A stretch of 64,000 bases of DNA from the human T2T-CHM13v2.0 reference genome, Homo sapiens (GCF_009914755.1 NC_060934.1), one strand, 5' to 3'. Counted from the stretch's first letter, positions 29,040-45,373 are shown. Numbers and translations are program-made. Notes: generated from the sequence alone by a model not told the origin.

Positions 29040-29260
29040 AGCAATTTAATGATTAAGTGTATGGGCTGTGGAGTCTGATAGTCCAGATTCAAGTCCTAGC
29101 TTTGTCATTTACTGTGTGACTTTATGTTACCTCATCTGTAAAATGCAGATGACTTATAGATACCCCATAGAGCTAGAACAAAGATTAAATGAGACGGTAC
29201 ATGTAAAGCATTTAAACAGGACCTGGCAAAGTGTTAATGCTCAAGAAAGTTAGTTATTGA
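29040..29260 (+). mobile_element. MIR (MIRb-like)
   Basis: gattcaagtcctagct...cctcatctgtaaaatg...aagattaaatgag...gtaaagcatttaa. Confidence 0.75.
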
Positions 29261-30565
29261 TATTGTCAGTATAAATGTATCACAAGAAGTGCAATTGCCA
29301 CACAATATACCTATTTATCATTAGGTTTTACTTTCTATGTGAAAGAATATACGCATGGTCTGCCTTGGTAATTAGGGACTTTCATGATAATATTTTTAAA
29401 AATAACTACAGTTACTTAAGCTGGAAAGAACCCTGGGCAAGGGTGTGGCTATGCCATGCATTAATGACAAACTATCAAGGAATATGTGCAGCATTCTATT
29501 AATTTTAATGGCATAGATATATAAAATTAGCAGATTGCCTTGAAATATTTTTTAAAGCAGTCACTTTTATCTTGTGAGAATGACTTTTTTTAAAAAAAAA
29601 AACCTTAAATCTTTTGCTACAGCCAAATAATCTAATCACTCTTGTGGATATGGCCAACAGACATAAATTTTTCTCATAATAGATCTTTCTCAAATGACAG
29701 AAAACTGTCTCAGTACTTCCATACTGCTATTATTTTAGCTCTCTTCATTCCCTTCCAATTCTGTTCTGTTAATTCAATGTGATTGAAAAGCATTGACATT
29801 TATTCTTACAGATCTCTTTACCCAAACTGACCAAATTAGAAGGCATTTAATCTACCTTGTATAAAAGTGGAAGCAATAGAAGGGGGAAATGAGTTGTTTT
29901 TAAATCCCATTTTATTATTACATTATTACAACGGTATTGCTATTAGCTATATTGATCACAGCTGACTTCATGGCTGTGTGTTGACCACAAAATGTAATCT
30001 AAAGGGCATTTCAGATTTCAAATGACTTTCTAGAGTATCTGAGTTAAAATTGTTAACACTACATGACAACTGCTATTATTTCAGTGTCAGCCAAATATAA
30101 AAGAACATTAATATTCATTAGTAATGTTACAGCTGGTGACTCCTTAACAACATTGTAATGATTTGAATAGTTATTTCAAACAGTGTGTTGGAATATACAC
30201 ACAATAAGCCCTGATTGACACAATGCATTAAAAAACAACCCAGTAATGTCAAGGAAAAAAATTAATATGTATGCCTGTATATTAGGCTAAGTAACTAAAT
30301 GCTTTAGAAATACACTTCAGCTGATAAGACCTACCAGTATGCAAGGAGTGACTAATTTTTGAATGTGTTACATGGGGGAATCATCATGGTAAATATCTGA
30401 AACACAAATTCAAGTCTCAATTTTATCACTTAAGTTCAATGTCACTGTTTTCATTTCTACAAATTAAGCTTTGTGTCATTAACGTATCTGTAGAGGTAGT
30501 GGTAAGGATAAAAACAGGACAAATTTAAGGTTGGTAGCAGAGGTTATAAAATAGCACTAATATCT

Positions 30566-30703
30566 CTTTTCTTTTTTATTTTTTCATTCATGTGTAGAGA
30601 TGGGGTCTCACTCTGTTGAGCAAGCTGGTCTCAAACTTTGGGGCTTAAGCAATCCTCCTGCCTCAGCCTCCCAAAAGGCTGGATTACAGGCAGGAGCCTA
30701 GCC
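30566..30703 (-). mobile_element. FLAM (free left Alu monomer)
   Basis: gtagagatggggtctcactctgttg...gggcttaagcaatcctcc; TSD AGCA(C/G)TAATATCT on both sides. Confidence 0.85.
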
Positions 30704-31229
30704 AGCAGTAATATCTTCTGAATACCTAATATGGTCCACACACAATGTTGGGGTTTTGTATATGCTGTATCATCTCATTAGGGAGGTGGCTTCATCTCCA
30801 TTTTATACATGAGTAAACCAAAGGCAAAACAGGTGCACATGACTGAACAATGTGAAATCCTAGTGTTAGGATTAAAGTCCAAGTGTGGATATCCTTTGAA
30901 ATATAACAAGATGCTTCTGGAGTTTGTTCAAGATGATGCACTGTGGTGAGTGTTATTGGGGTTGAAGTTGGGTGGGAGACCTAGAACCTGCTTTTAAGGA
31001 ATTTCTCATCTCACTGAGATGATAAGACTGAGATGCAGGAAGCATTTAATATGGAAGTCCATAGATCAATTGACAGCAACAGCATAATAAGAGCATTTAT
31101 TCTTTGTGTTCTGAAAAAGTTAAGTTATACCAACCTCCCTTTCCTTTCACTGCTTTTTTGTAAACGTGATCTGTGAGGAAGAAAAATTGACCTTTCCTCA
31201 TTCTATTTTTTTAGGAATTTACCAATAAT

Positions 31230-31425
31230 ATTATTTTAATTTTGATTGGCAAATAAATATAGTATATATTTACCTGTACAACATAATGTTTGTATATGTA
31301 TATGCATAGTGAAATGATTCATCTGAACTAATTAAATATGTATAACTTCATATTTCTACGTTTTCCTTGGTGATGAGAACATTTAAAATCTACTCTCTTA
31401 GCAAATTTCAAAATACAATGCATTA
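31230..31425 (-). mobile_element. L1MA-like 3' end fragment
   Basis: gagaacatttaaaatctactctcttagcaaatttcaa. Confidence 0.7.
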
Positions 31426-31520
31426 CAGATATTGTGGATTTGGTTCCAGACCATTGCAATGAAGCGAGTCATATGAAATGTTGCTTTCTCAGCACATAAC
31501 GAAAGTTATGTTTATACTTA
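31426..31520 (+). mobile_element. Tigger2a-like DNA transposon fragment
   Basis: agatattgtggatttggttccagaccattgcaatgaagcgagtca...aaagttatgtttatact. Confidence 0.7.
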
Positions 31521-31738
31521 CCAAAAGTATTATAGGTTCTTAACTTTTAAAGTATAATTTTCTTGACTTTCTAAACAGGTCTACAATTTTAATTATTTTC
31601 TTCAAGAAATGATCTGAATTATCAAATTTTGAGAATATTGTACATTTTAAAATAAAACTAATTTTGTATTTCCTATATGATTAGAGAGGTCACTAGTAAA
31701 TAATCATTGCATATGTATATACACTAGAATACTAATGA

Positions 31739-32090
<352 letters not shown>

Positions 32091-32369
32091 TGTATTGTAC
32101 TATTTGTAACAGAAATTTTTAAGTGTTTCATTATATAGTTTAAAAATGAGCTGAAATATACTATTTAGTATACAATAATGCAATCTTTGGACACAAGATG
32201 TTGCTAGACTCCTATAACATTTACGACATTCACTCTTCTTGGATAAAATAAGGCTTGTTGCGGGGGATCAGGCCTGAATGCATCATCAAATATACACCAA
32301 GATTCAGGAATTTATGAAACACCCAGCTAATTTCACTGGATTTTACTGATCAAAAACACAACTTAAAGG

Positions 32370-33205
32370 AAAGACTGAAACATTAGACTACATTAAAATT
32401 AAGGACTTCTATTATCAGAAGTCACAATTAAAATGAAGGTACAACCCACAGATTGGGAGGAGCTATTTGAGTGACTTACTTCCCACAAAGGATCATATAC
32501 AGAATATTTAATGAAGCCCTGCAAGTTGGTATATGAAAATGATAATATGATACAAATGAACAATAAACTTGAGTAAATACTCATAAAAAAAGAATATCCA
32601 TATGCTCAGTTAACATATGAAATGTGGGTTAACCTTATTAGTCATAGTGGAAATGTATATTAAACTTATAATGAAATATCAGTAACACTACAATGGTTAA
32701 AATGAGAAAGACTGGCTCTACCAACTGCTGGTGAGCCACTGGAACTCACATCCATTGCTTAGGAGAATGTAAATTGTTACCCTCTCTTTTAGAAGCCATT
32801 TGGCAGTATCTATTAAAGCTGAACACATACCAACAGAAATGCATATAGGTAGCAATGATCATAGTCAAGAATATTCAAAGCATATCTGTTTATAATAGTC
32901 ATAAAGTAGAAACAATTCAAATCAGTGATGGTCGAATATATAAATTAACTGTGGTGTATTCATACACTGAAATACTGCACAGCAATGAAAATAAGCAAAT
33001 TGCTATGCATGACAACTCAAATGAACTAAAAAATAGATATTGAGCAAAACTGTCAGTCATAAAATAGTATATGTCATGTGATTCCATTTATACAAAGTAC
33101 CAACATTGGCAAAACTATAATCCAGTAGTCAGAATAGGAGTTATTTTCTTTGGGAAAGAGGGTGGTGGTAGGACTGTGAGGGGACACAGAGAGTACTTCT
33201 CTCAT
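32370..33205 (+). mobile_element. Old L1M (L1ME/MD-like) 3' region; resumes at about 35332-35450 after the nested young L1
   Basis: gactacattaaaattaaggacttct...tttggcagtatctattaaagctgaacac...tgattccatttatacaaagt. Confidence 0.75.
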
Positions 33206-33219
33206 TCTAATTAATTTTT

Positions 33220-35420
<2,201 letters not shown>

Positions 35421-35915
35421 ATGACCTGCTTTTAAAAAGTCCTTATTAAAAAAACAATTGATCACAAAAAGAATAAAAGTAAGGATGTGACTCCAGGGTC
35501 ACCACCTAAGTAAGATATTGATTAGCCTCCCTGTAGCTCAAAGAAAGGCAGGGAGTTTATTCCAAACTTAAAGGCAAAGCATGGTAAATATGCTTCTTAA
35601 AAGCCATGATGTGGCTTCCAAAGACTTGAAGTCAGTCTGAATCTGTAGAATATCAAATTATGTGGCAAGGTGGCAAGTGCTGATGCCACAGCTGCGAGGC
35701 ATGTACCGAAGTCAATAAGGAGAAGGGTGACCTGCTTTAACAGATTTTAAATCTAGATGAATCTGGACTGTTTCAGGAAGAGATGGTCAAGAGTTGTACA
35801 TCACAAAGGGATGAGTGTTTCCAGGTTTTCAGTCTTCAGAAGACTGACTCAAACTTTTATTGCTGGGAATTTATCCAAAGACTTAAGTCTAGGCACTGCA
35901 GACTTTTACATAAAT

Positions 35916-36130
35916 CTGAGTTTCTCGGCCTCAGCACTGTGAACATTTTGGGCCAGATAATTCTTTGCTGTGAGAGGCTGTCCTGTGCATTGTGGGATGT
36001 TTAACAGCATCCCTGACCTCTACCCAACAGATGTCAGTAGTATCCTTCCCCCAGTTGTGACAAGTAAAGTTGTCTCTAGATATTGGCAAATGCTTCCTGG
36101 GAAGTAAAACTGACACCCTGCCTCCCATGA
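35916..36130. mobile_element. MER20 hAT-Charlie element
   Basis: cagcactgtgaacattttgggccagataattctttg...ctgtgcattgtgggatgtttaacagcatccctgacctctaccc. Confidence 0.88.
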
Positions 36131-36751
36131 GACAAGTTGGAATAAATCGATTTATATAAATAAGTAAAATAAATAACTTTAGGTTTATACTCAATTATAT
36201 ATATTTTATAAAGGCATATAAAGTATTTAGGTTACATTAACAACCAAGAAAGACAAAATAGGGAATCAGCAGTTTTATTTCGTTCACAAGTCATTCAAAG
36301 ACAATACCATTTATAGTACTGACACCCTTACTTATTACTAATAGACCTAAATTATTCTCAAATTTTAGGTGGATCATTTTTATCGATAAAGAATGAGAAT
36401 GATCAGCATAAATGGGCAAAAGTCTGATGACAAGTTGCAGCATGGATAGTGTGGTATATCCAAATAATATAATTCATGGTTGTTTCTAGTAGTAAAATCA
36501 GAATGAGACACGTGAAATCTTAGTACTATTCAACCTGAAAATTTTTTGCTCATTTGTATGAAATTAGCGGCTACAGTAAAATTCCTGTTTATCTGCTTGT
36601 TTCAAAATGACTTGACCTGGAATTTCAAGCATGTTACTAAATTGTCCTTACCTTTCTCCTCCTCTGTTGAATTTTAATATTGCCATTTTTCGTCACAGTC
36701 TTTTGCTTAGCCCAATTCTTCACACACAATGAGTACCCAATCAAGTTCCAA

Positions 36752-37630
36752 TCAACGCAGGATATTTTCTTGACTCCTTTGTGAAACTCGCAACAGGGGT
36801 CCCCTGTTTATTTAGCCTGGCCCACTCAACCCCTTGCAGGAGGGAGTACAGGAGCAAATGAGGGCAGGAACCGGCCGACCACTTTGGTGCCTGCAGGAGC
36901 AAACTCCATGTGGGCCCCGTGGCAGTGTCCAGGTGGGATGCTAAGGCCCCAGAGGGTGTGTTAAAATGCTCTCTTAGCTCCACTGTCCACAGACAGCATT
37001 GTGTTATCAGCTCAGTGGGCCCTTTGCCTTGTCATGTGGGGCAGCTGCCTTCTGCCAGGGAGGTCAAAGGGCCAGTGTGACAGTCTTTTTGGGTACCTGC
37101 ACTTGGTGCAACCTGAATTCTTGTCTGGTGCCCAAGAGGAATGGGGTCACGTGGATGAATTGAAGGACGGTGAATGCAGAGAATTTTATTGATCTGTGAA
37201 AGTGGCTCTCAGGAGAGAAGGGAGCTGGAATGCTGGAATGGGGATGGGAAGGGAAGGTCGCTCTCCCCTGAAGTCAAGCCACCTCTCTGCCTCTCTCTTC
37301 TGAAGCCAGGTTGCCTCTTTCCAATGTCTAGCTGCTGTCTCCGAAGTCAAGTTGCCTCTCCTCAATGTCTAGCCATTTCTCCTCTCTACTGAACCTGCAG
37401 TCTTTATAGGCACAGGATGGGAGGTGGAGTGGGCCATAGACTGTTTTGGAAAAGAAAACATTCAATTGGAAAAAAAAAAATTCAAAAAGAACAATCGGGA
37501 GAGAGCAGGCACACAGGGATAGAAGTTCCCACTTTGGGCCATGGGTTTCAAGCTTTTTGGCTTGAAGGTGGGGTTTTGCCAGGGACCCACTGCTTTCTGC
37601 CTAGAATTTCTCTGCCTCCTGTCGCTATCA
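36752..37630 (-). mobile_element. ERV1 solo LTR (MER52/LTR9/LTR27 group)
   Basis: GC-richer block; minus strand begins TGATAGCGACAGGAGGCAGAGAAATTCTAGGCAG, with TATAAA (~37403-37408) and AATAAA (~37185-37190) on minus. Confidence 0.8.
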
Positions 37631-37789
37631 CAGTGACACTGCATTATGGAAGGATAAATAAGAAGGAAAAAGACACAAAGGAATGAATACCTGGTGGGTA
37701 CAGACTGGGTCTTGGGACTGAAACACCTTCTAGCTGCAAATTTTGTCAAGTCAATGAAGACCTGTGTTGACTATGCTGATGTGATAATT

Positions 37790-38045
37790 TTTTCAACAAA
37801 TGATTTTTGACTTTCCATTATGAGCTCAGTGCCCTTCAAAGCACTGGAAATATAGGATGAATAAAACAGAAGAGGTTTGTACATTCGTTGAGCTTATATT
37901 TTAGTGGGGGAGGTAGGCAATAAACAAATATACAAAAATAAGTTATGAGCTGAGAAAAGAACCATAGGAAGAACTATTGAAGAAAATTAAGGAACCTATT
38001 TTATAGAAAGGAGAATCACAAAAATTCTCTCTGAGGAGAGATTGT
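37790..38045 (-). mobile_element. L2 remnant (continues at about 38415-38610)
   Basis: ttcaacaaatgattt...gagcttatattttagtgggggagg. Confidence 0.6.
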
Positions 38046-38051
38046 ATAAAT

Positions 38052-38412
38052 TGTAAGGTGGAAAAAAATACTGTTTTTTTCTACCCTCCTAGGTTCTACA
38101 GCTAAAGCCCTATAAATTAGACTGACAAATGACAAATTAAGAAGAGGAAAGCATGCAAAAGAATGTAAGTTTTACACAACACAGGAGACTTTCTAAGGAA
38201 ACGAAGATCAGAAGAAACAGTTACAACTGAATGTTTTTACACAAGGTTTGATAAAGAGTGGAAAGTTGAGAAATGTGGTAGGACAAATGGGTTTGAACTA
38301 AGAGCAGTAAACTGGGAAAAATTTAGCTAGACCTATTTGTTCAGGTTCCTCTCAGTGGCCTTCTGCCTTCAGAGATAAGTGTTTCTCTTTCTTCTGGGTA
38401 TGGGAAAGGAAC
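38052..38412 (-). mobile_element. Old ERV1 LTR fragment (MER67/MER31-like)
   Basis: cctataaattagactgacaaatgacaaattaagaagaggaaagcat. Confidence 0.5.
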
Positions 38413-39047
38413 CTCTAGGGTAGTAGCAGTGGAGATAGAGAATAAACATTAAGGAATGTGTACCTGAGGGGGTGTCAACAACACTTGCTGATGACCTGGA
38501 TCTGGGGATTGCGGGACAGCAGGCGTCAAGGATGACTTCTAAGGTTTAGCTTAATCTGATAGTGGTGCCATTCCCCAAGATTGACAAGACAGAAAGATCA
38601 GAAAGGCATTGACATTTTCCATCTTCTTCTGTCTTCGTGAACATGCAAATCAGTTATTTAAAGTCTGTGTCTTATGACTGTAGTGTTTGGCCCACTTATA
38701 GGTCTATTTCTATAATTTATTTTTTTCACTTGGGCTTGTTTCCTGGCATGCCTAATAATATTTTATTAGATTTTGACTAATGTATATGGGAACACTGAAA
38801 AAGTTCTAGTGAATGTTTTCTTCCTCCAGAGAGGATTTTCATTTTCATCCAGAAGGCTGTTAGAGAAAGAACAGGTCAGTCTAACCCAGCTAGGGATTGA
38901 GCTGACTCAGGCCTGGGTTTCCATTTTCATAAGTTCTGATCTATTTCTGTTTCACCTTTATTCTCATGATGCAGCCCTAAGGAACCTCTGGTTAAAGTCT
39001 GGCATGTGTGCAAGGGTTACTTCCTACTTAACAGGACCTGGAATCTT

Positions 39048-39336
39048 TGTTTTTTTGAGACAAAGTCTTACTCTGTGCCCCAGACTAGAATGCAGTGGCG
39101 CCATCTTGGCTCACTGCAACTCTGCCTCCCAAGTTCAAGCAATTCTCCTGTCTCAGCCTCCCGAGTAGCTGGGATTACAGGTGTGCACCACCACACTCGG
39201 CTAATTTTTGTATTTTTTGTAGAGATGGGGTTTCACCATGTTGGCCAGGCTGGTCTCAAACTCCTGGCCTCAGGTGATCCACCCTCCTCAGCCTCCTAAA
39301 ATGCTGGGATTACAGGTGTGAGCCACCATGCCCCGC
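39048..39336 (-). mobile_element. Alu (AluSx-like) inside a degenerate L1M
   Basis: Full antisense dimer with cctcaggtgatcc. Confidence 0.95.
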
Positions 39337-41234
39337 ATGGATTCTAATTTCTGTCTTCTTGAAATTGTGAGATGGCCTAAGATTCTTCTAATTTCTTAGT
39401 CTTTAGCCCCAATTTTCTGCTGCTTGTTCAATTTAGGATTATCAAACCACACAATGTCAGGCTCACTTATCTCTGCTTTCCTTCTCTTCTGGGTCTAGAG
39501 TCTTCAACATGAGACTCTCTTGTAGCATTGACATCCTGTTAGCATAGTCTGACTTGTCTCTTAAATAGTTTGCTCCATTATCTTCAATATAAAACATGCA
39601 TTGGAGAGGTAGCATATAGAGCTGAGAATCCGGGAAAACAGATCCTTTAAATTGCCACATTCCAGTGGGAGATAATGAGGACCTGAAGTAGGGCAATGAG
39701 CTTAAAATGCAGAAGAGGAAATAGAAGCAAGAAATACTTAGGGGGTGGATTTGAAATGATGGCAAATGGAAAATTTAGCTGTCAGTATCGCTTAAATATT
39801 ATTTCTGTGTCAAAATAAGAATGACATATTGGCTCATTAATTCTGTGTTCCTCATAATTTTAAAGGCTGGTCAAGAATGACTGGTTGCCAAACAATATAA
39901 TCTACTCTTTGAAATTTCTCATGGTTCTGCTATTATTCTTAGCTATAAGGATTTGAAGGGGAAATGTATTTTAATCTGCTTTCATTGTTCAAAATAAGAA
40001 CTTGCTTAAGTTAGAGCCTTTATGTGAGTGATCATTTTGAAGGAAGCCATGTGCTCTGTAATTCAGAAAGCATCGAAAATATTTAAAACCAATCTTCCAT
40101 TATTATTCAGATAACAATATTTTATGGAAGAAGTTTGAATCATTCAACTTGAAGAAACACTGAGCTGGGTTGGTAATATACATCATTTAACAATGCATTT
40201 GATATGTGGCATTTTTTCTAAATAAATAATATTATAAGAGGTAGAAGAGTGATTATTTTTAGTGCCTGCTATAGAACCAGGAACCCAATGGTGACTGCTG
40301 TAATTACATTCTCATTTAACCTTTCCAACAACCTATAAGTAAGGTAGATATTTCCCATATTTTATAGAGCCAAGTCTCAAAAATTTGGGATAACTTGCTG
40401 AAATCATGCAATTAGTAAATGGCAAAACCAGGACTGAAAACTCATTCCATTTTGTTCTATTCCATCTTCTCCTCTTAAGGTACAACAAATCTAAGAACTT
40501 TCTTACATTTTGAGAAACACTTGGAAAAAAACATGAGGGGGGAAATCTGGGCCAGAATTTTAGATTTATTTAAAGAAAACTTTTCATTACTCAATAAAAT
40601 AAAAATAATCTCAATTAAATTCTCCAAGTCGAGCAATATTTTTACTCATGAGAGTAGAATGCTGCTCATTCTCTTATTAACTTGAATCCTGAGGCATCTC
40701 ATTATATATTTTCTAAATTCTTAAGTATGATCTCATCCCCTGAAAGTTTAGTGTACCTATTGTCATCATTTATATAGGAACAGCAAAACCAGCTATTCAA
40801 AAATAACTCAATCACCTTTCTTTTATTTTTTTCCTGAACTGGGACATTCTACTTCATGCGACAGCTAAATTAGCAGAAACCTGACCCAGATGATACAATG
40901 ACTAGATGAGTTCACAGCTGGCTGTAATCTTATCTCAGAAAGAAACAGGAAATTTACCAGTTACTGTATTTCTACTCTGTTCTAGGCACTTAGTATTTAA
41001 CTATCTCATTTAATTTTTACAACAAACCTATAAGGTGCATGCTATATTTATAGATGATTTAGTTGATATCCAGAGAAGTCAAATGACTTGCCTACTATAT
41101 TAACAAATCCTGGTAAGGAGTAGTTCATTCTCAAACTAATGGTAAAATCTTTTGAGCCTAAAGAACTCCAATATCTTGGTTAACATAGATTTAGACAAGT
41201 CACTAGTGAGACACTGTACTGAATTTTTAATACT

Positions 41235-41410
41235 ACATTATTTATATAATATATACAAATTAAATGTATATTGTGTATATACATATATGGATATACATAT
41301 AGAGTTATATATATGCATATATATGAAATATATATTAAATTAAATAGTTGGCTTTTGCAATACATATTACATATTTTTATATATTATATGTATATTTAAA
41401 TTATATAGGA
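41235..41410. repeat. (TA)n-like AT-rich low-complexity tract
   Basis: Direct reading. Confidence 0.85.
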
Positions 41411-42049
41411 TAATGAATGTAAAATAGAATGAAGACTCTAGATTATATAAAGTATAAATTAATCTCTAAATTTCATCAACATGGGAGAAACAATCACTAT
41501 GCCAGTCTGTAAATTGCATGAGGAACGCAGGGCAGTCTGTACTGTATACAGTTATCATCAATGTCTAGCAGAGTGCCTGACACAAAAATGCATAATAAAC
41601 ATTTTTAGATGAACAAATAATTGATATGATTAAAACCCAAGCAAAACTCCCAGATTATCTAGAAATTCACAATGATAGCTAGAGGAAACCTGGTATCCAA
41701 AGAAAAGAAAGATGGAAATAAATTAAATAATATAGATAATACTCTACAATCCTATGAATGATTTTTGCATATTGACCTCATGTTTTTCATATTCATGAAA
41801 TAGCCGGCAAAAAGAATTAGAGGGAATTGTAGAATGAATTATGTCATACATGGAAGAATTTTCTGTACATTGAAAGTGGTTAGTACTTGGATGTATTACT
41901 TATGAAAAACATGCAGTCTTCTTTAGACATATATAAAATTAGGGGAAGATATTTCAACTTAGGCTAGTTTAAGGAGGTTTTAATCAGAAGCTCAGTGTGT
42001 ATAAGGAAGGACCGCACTTGGTTTGCTGATTATTAAAACTGCAGTGCCT

Positions 42050-42339
42050 CCTGGGCATGGTGGCTCACGCCTGTAATCCCAGCACTGGGAGGCCAAGGCG
42101 GGTGGATCACCTAGGTCGGGGTTCAAAACCAGCCTGGCCAACATGGGGAAACCCTGTCTCTACTAAAAATACAAAAATTAGCTGAGAGTGGTGGCATGTG
42201 CCTGTAGTCCCAGCTACTCAAGGAGGCCGAGGCAGGAGAATCGCTTGAACCCAGGAGGCGGAGGTTGCAGTGAGGAAAGATTGTGCCACTCCAGTTTCCA
42301 GTCTGGGTGACAGAGCGAGACTCTGTCTCAAAAAAACAA
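42050..42339 (+). mobile_element. Alu (AluS-like)
   Basis: 15-bp TSD AAAACT(G/A)CAGTGCCT at 42035-42049 and 42340-42354. Confidence 0.96.
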
Positions 42340-44518
42340 AAAACTACAGTGCCTAGAATATTGTCCGACACATAGCAGTTACTTACTATATAGTAAATAA
42401 ATAATTGAAAATAAACTAAGAAAATAAATGTTCCCAAAAATGCCTTTCAACCCTGTGATTTATATGAAAGGTGAAGGCTGTTAAATTTTGTGCATTGGAT
42501 TTTGACTAAACTGTTGGGCCACATGAGTTGTATTTAAAATTAATTGCTGAAAATACCTAGGATTAAGCACTGAGTCTACTCTCTACTGGCCCAAAATACA
42601 CTTTAAAACAATACAGAACGTAGCCAAGGGAAAATAACACTTCTGAACTAAGCTTTAACCTTTACTCAGCTGATTTAGTTCACTTCTCTTTGCCTTTAAT
42701 TTTTTTCCATGAGAATTCTAATTGTACAAATAGCTTTAGCATCTGTAAAGTGGCAAAGATCAATTAGAGAGATCTATAAAATACTTTGAGCTTCATGAAG
42801 AAGAATTGTCTATAAATAGAACTTGGCACGTAATTAGTCATTTCAGTACTGTAAATGAAAGTCGTGTGAATAATTTTTTTAAGTTTCTCTTTTTATACTC
42901 TTCTGCATTTAACATAAGGCTGTGAAATCCTTTAGGGCACTTTAATATGCAAAATGCCACAACTTCTTTTTTCTTTGTAATCATTTAATTAATATACTTC
43001 TAATACAGCATGGGAGTCAGAAAAATCAGCTTATAGCCAACAAATTGAGCCTTAAGAGAAAGGAATTTTCAATCCCTTTTTGGATTATTATTTTCAGATA
43101 TTCCTAGTTGGATCCACTGCTTTTAAAAAGATCAGAAGAATTCATGGCTGTATTTGTTAATTCTGTAGGTCTAGGGCAATGAGTAATTCCGGGAAATATT
43201 TAAATTTCACATTAGTATATAACCATTAAGCTTTGGGAAATGTTAATATGACATTGAAGACCATGTAGAATATGATCATGTTTTGTGTTTGACACATTTT
43301 CCCAAATTGGGAGTATTTCCTTTTCCTTTTTCCCAACAAAACTTTACAACCATCACATAGGTATTCAGGCAGACCAATCATAAAATAGCAGAGAAAATTT
43401 AACTTTGCTTTTGAATAGTTTAGAGGGCTGTGATTGAAGACGTTGCTTGGTAATGAAATTGATTTTCCACCTTCATTGTGGGAATTAGATTAAGAAGAAA
43501 GCAGTCTGGTGAGATAAGAATAACTCAGTCTGATTCTTCCAAGTATATATTAATAATTTTGTGTGGCCTTTGCTACCATCTTTAACACTTTCATCATGTT
43601 CAAATACTTCCTTCTTAAATGATGTTTTGGGGACAGTGAGGGGTGTATGTGAATGAGGGTGTGTAGAAATCAGGTGAAAATAATAAAAATGTGTTCATTG
43701 TGAATCAGTTTAAGTCTGAGATTTCACTTTAATTGATTGAAATCATTTCCTTTAGCCTCATCTCCAAACAAAATATTGGTACAATGAAAAATCTACCTGC
43801 TTTTTTTTAAAGAATATTATGTCAGTGTCAATCATAGGCAATTCTGAAATGTGTTGTTGCTAAGATGATACATTCTTACTCATATTATTTACTTAGAGAC
43901 TTTAATGCTCTTAAGGTGTGAAGGCTTTTAGATTATTACTGTATTTATTAAAAACCAAGGGAGACAACAAATTACTTGGGTCCTTACAGTCTTATTTAAG
44001 TGATCCTATCCTTTATTGATACATTTGAATATTCAAAACAATGTCCTTATTGTGAAATATTTCTGAACAGTTTTGTCCGGTAACTCTGTCCACGGTGTTA
44101 GGATTTCTTCAGATTATGCAACACCAGATACTGCGAGGTTGAAGATGATTTTTTTTTTAACATGGCAGTTGCTTAGATGTCTTTAAAATAGCAATGTTAG
44201 GAATCAGAGGGTGAGATTCAGCATTTCAATCAACATGGCAACAATTCTGCAGTCATTTTGTCAAGGGACCCTGTGCTTGCTTGGGGAGCATCTCTACTTG
44301 TCAAAACAGTGACTTCTCTACCTCAATCTCTGTGAGTCCATGAGAACGGTAATAAGATGGCTGTGTCCATGATTTTTGCAGTTCAGCTCAGGAAATGTAT
44401 TTTCTATTTAAGTTGGTTAGTCCATACTAAGCAGTCCTCCAATACATTATCTCATTGAACATACAGCAAATTTGTTAAGTTGTTGACAAAGTCTACAAAC
44501 ATGAAGCCCAGTGCTTCA

Positions 44519-44540
44519 TGACCTAGTTATGACCTAGTTA
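44519..44540 (-). promoter_or_regulatory. Candidate nuclear-receptor site: (TAACTAGGTCA)x2, a perfect DR5 plus two ROREs
   Basis: Plus strand TGACCTAGTTATGACCTAGTTA; motif match only. Confidence 0.4.
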
Positions 44541-44915
44541 ACTTCAGTGTCTCTAGGATAATATTTTTTACTGTTTCTCTCTTAACAAATTTTCTCCATA
44601 ATTAGTTATAAAACTAGAAAGGATCATGGTGACAATCTAACTTTATCCTTATTTGTTTTATAGACCAACAGAGGCCCCTAGAGGCTCTGTCTCTCTTAAG
44701 ATTATGGACATAGCTAAAACTACTGACAAAGCAGAACTGCCATCAGATCTGGCCTCTGCTTTCTCTAAATTGGGCAAATCTGAGATGCATGTTATTAGCT
44801 CAAAGCATTAAAGTGGAAAATAAACACACATAACACACAATGATCACTTTGCAATTGTCTTCTAATAATGATTTCCATAGTTTAAACATTTATGTCATGT
44901 TTTTAATTTGATAAT

Positions 44916-45323
44916 TGATATGGTTTGGATCTATATGCCCACCCAAATTTCATAACCAAGTATAATCCCCAAAGCTGGAGATGGGGCCTGGCGGGTGATT
45001 GCATTATGGGGGTGCATCCTTTATGAATGGTTTAGCATCATCCTCTCTGGGCTGTTCTCGTGATAGTGAGTTCTCAAGAGGTCTGGTTGTTTAGAAGTTT
45101 GTGGCACCTCTCCCCTGGTTCTCTTTCTTGTCCTTGCTCCTGCTATAGAAGACTCCTGCTTCTGCTTTGCATTCCACCATGGGTAAAAGCTCTGAGGCCC
45201 CCTCAGAAGCTGAGGCTGTCATGTTCCTGTACAGCCTGTGGAACCATGAGTCAATTAAACATCTTTTCTTTATTATGCAATCTCACGTATTTGTTTATGG
45301 CAATCTGAGAATGAACCAATGCA
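44916..45323 (+). mobile_element. MSTA/MSTB-like MaLR solo LTR
   Basis: tgatatggtttggatct...cagcctgtggaaccatgagtcaattaaac...gaatgaaccaatgca. Confidence 0.88.
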
Positions 45324-45373
45324 GTCATTATACAGGAAACTGATCATCATCTGGGAAAAATGGTGATTTAAGC

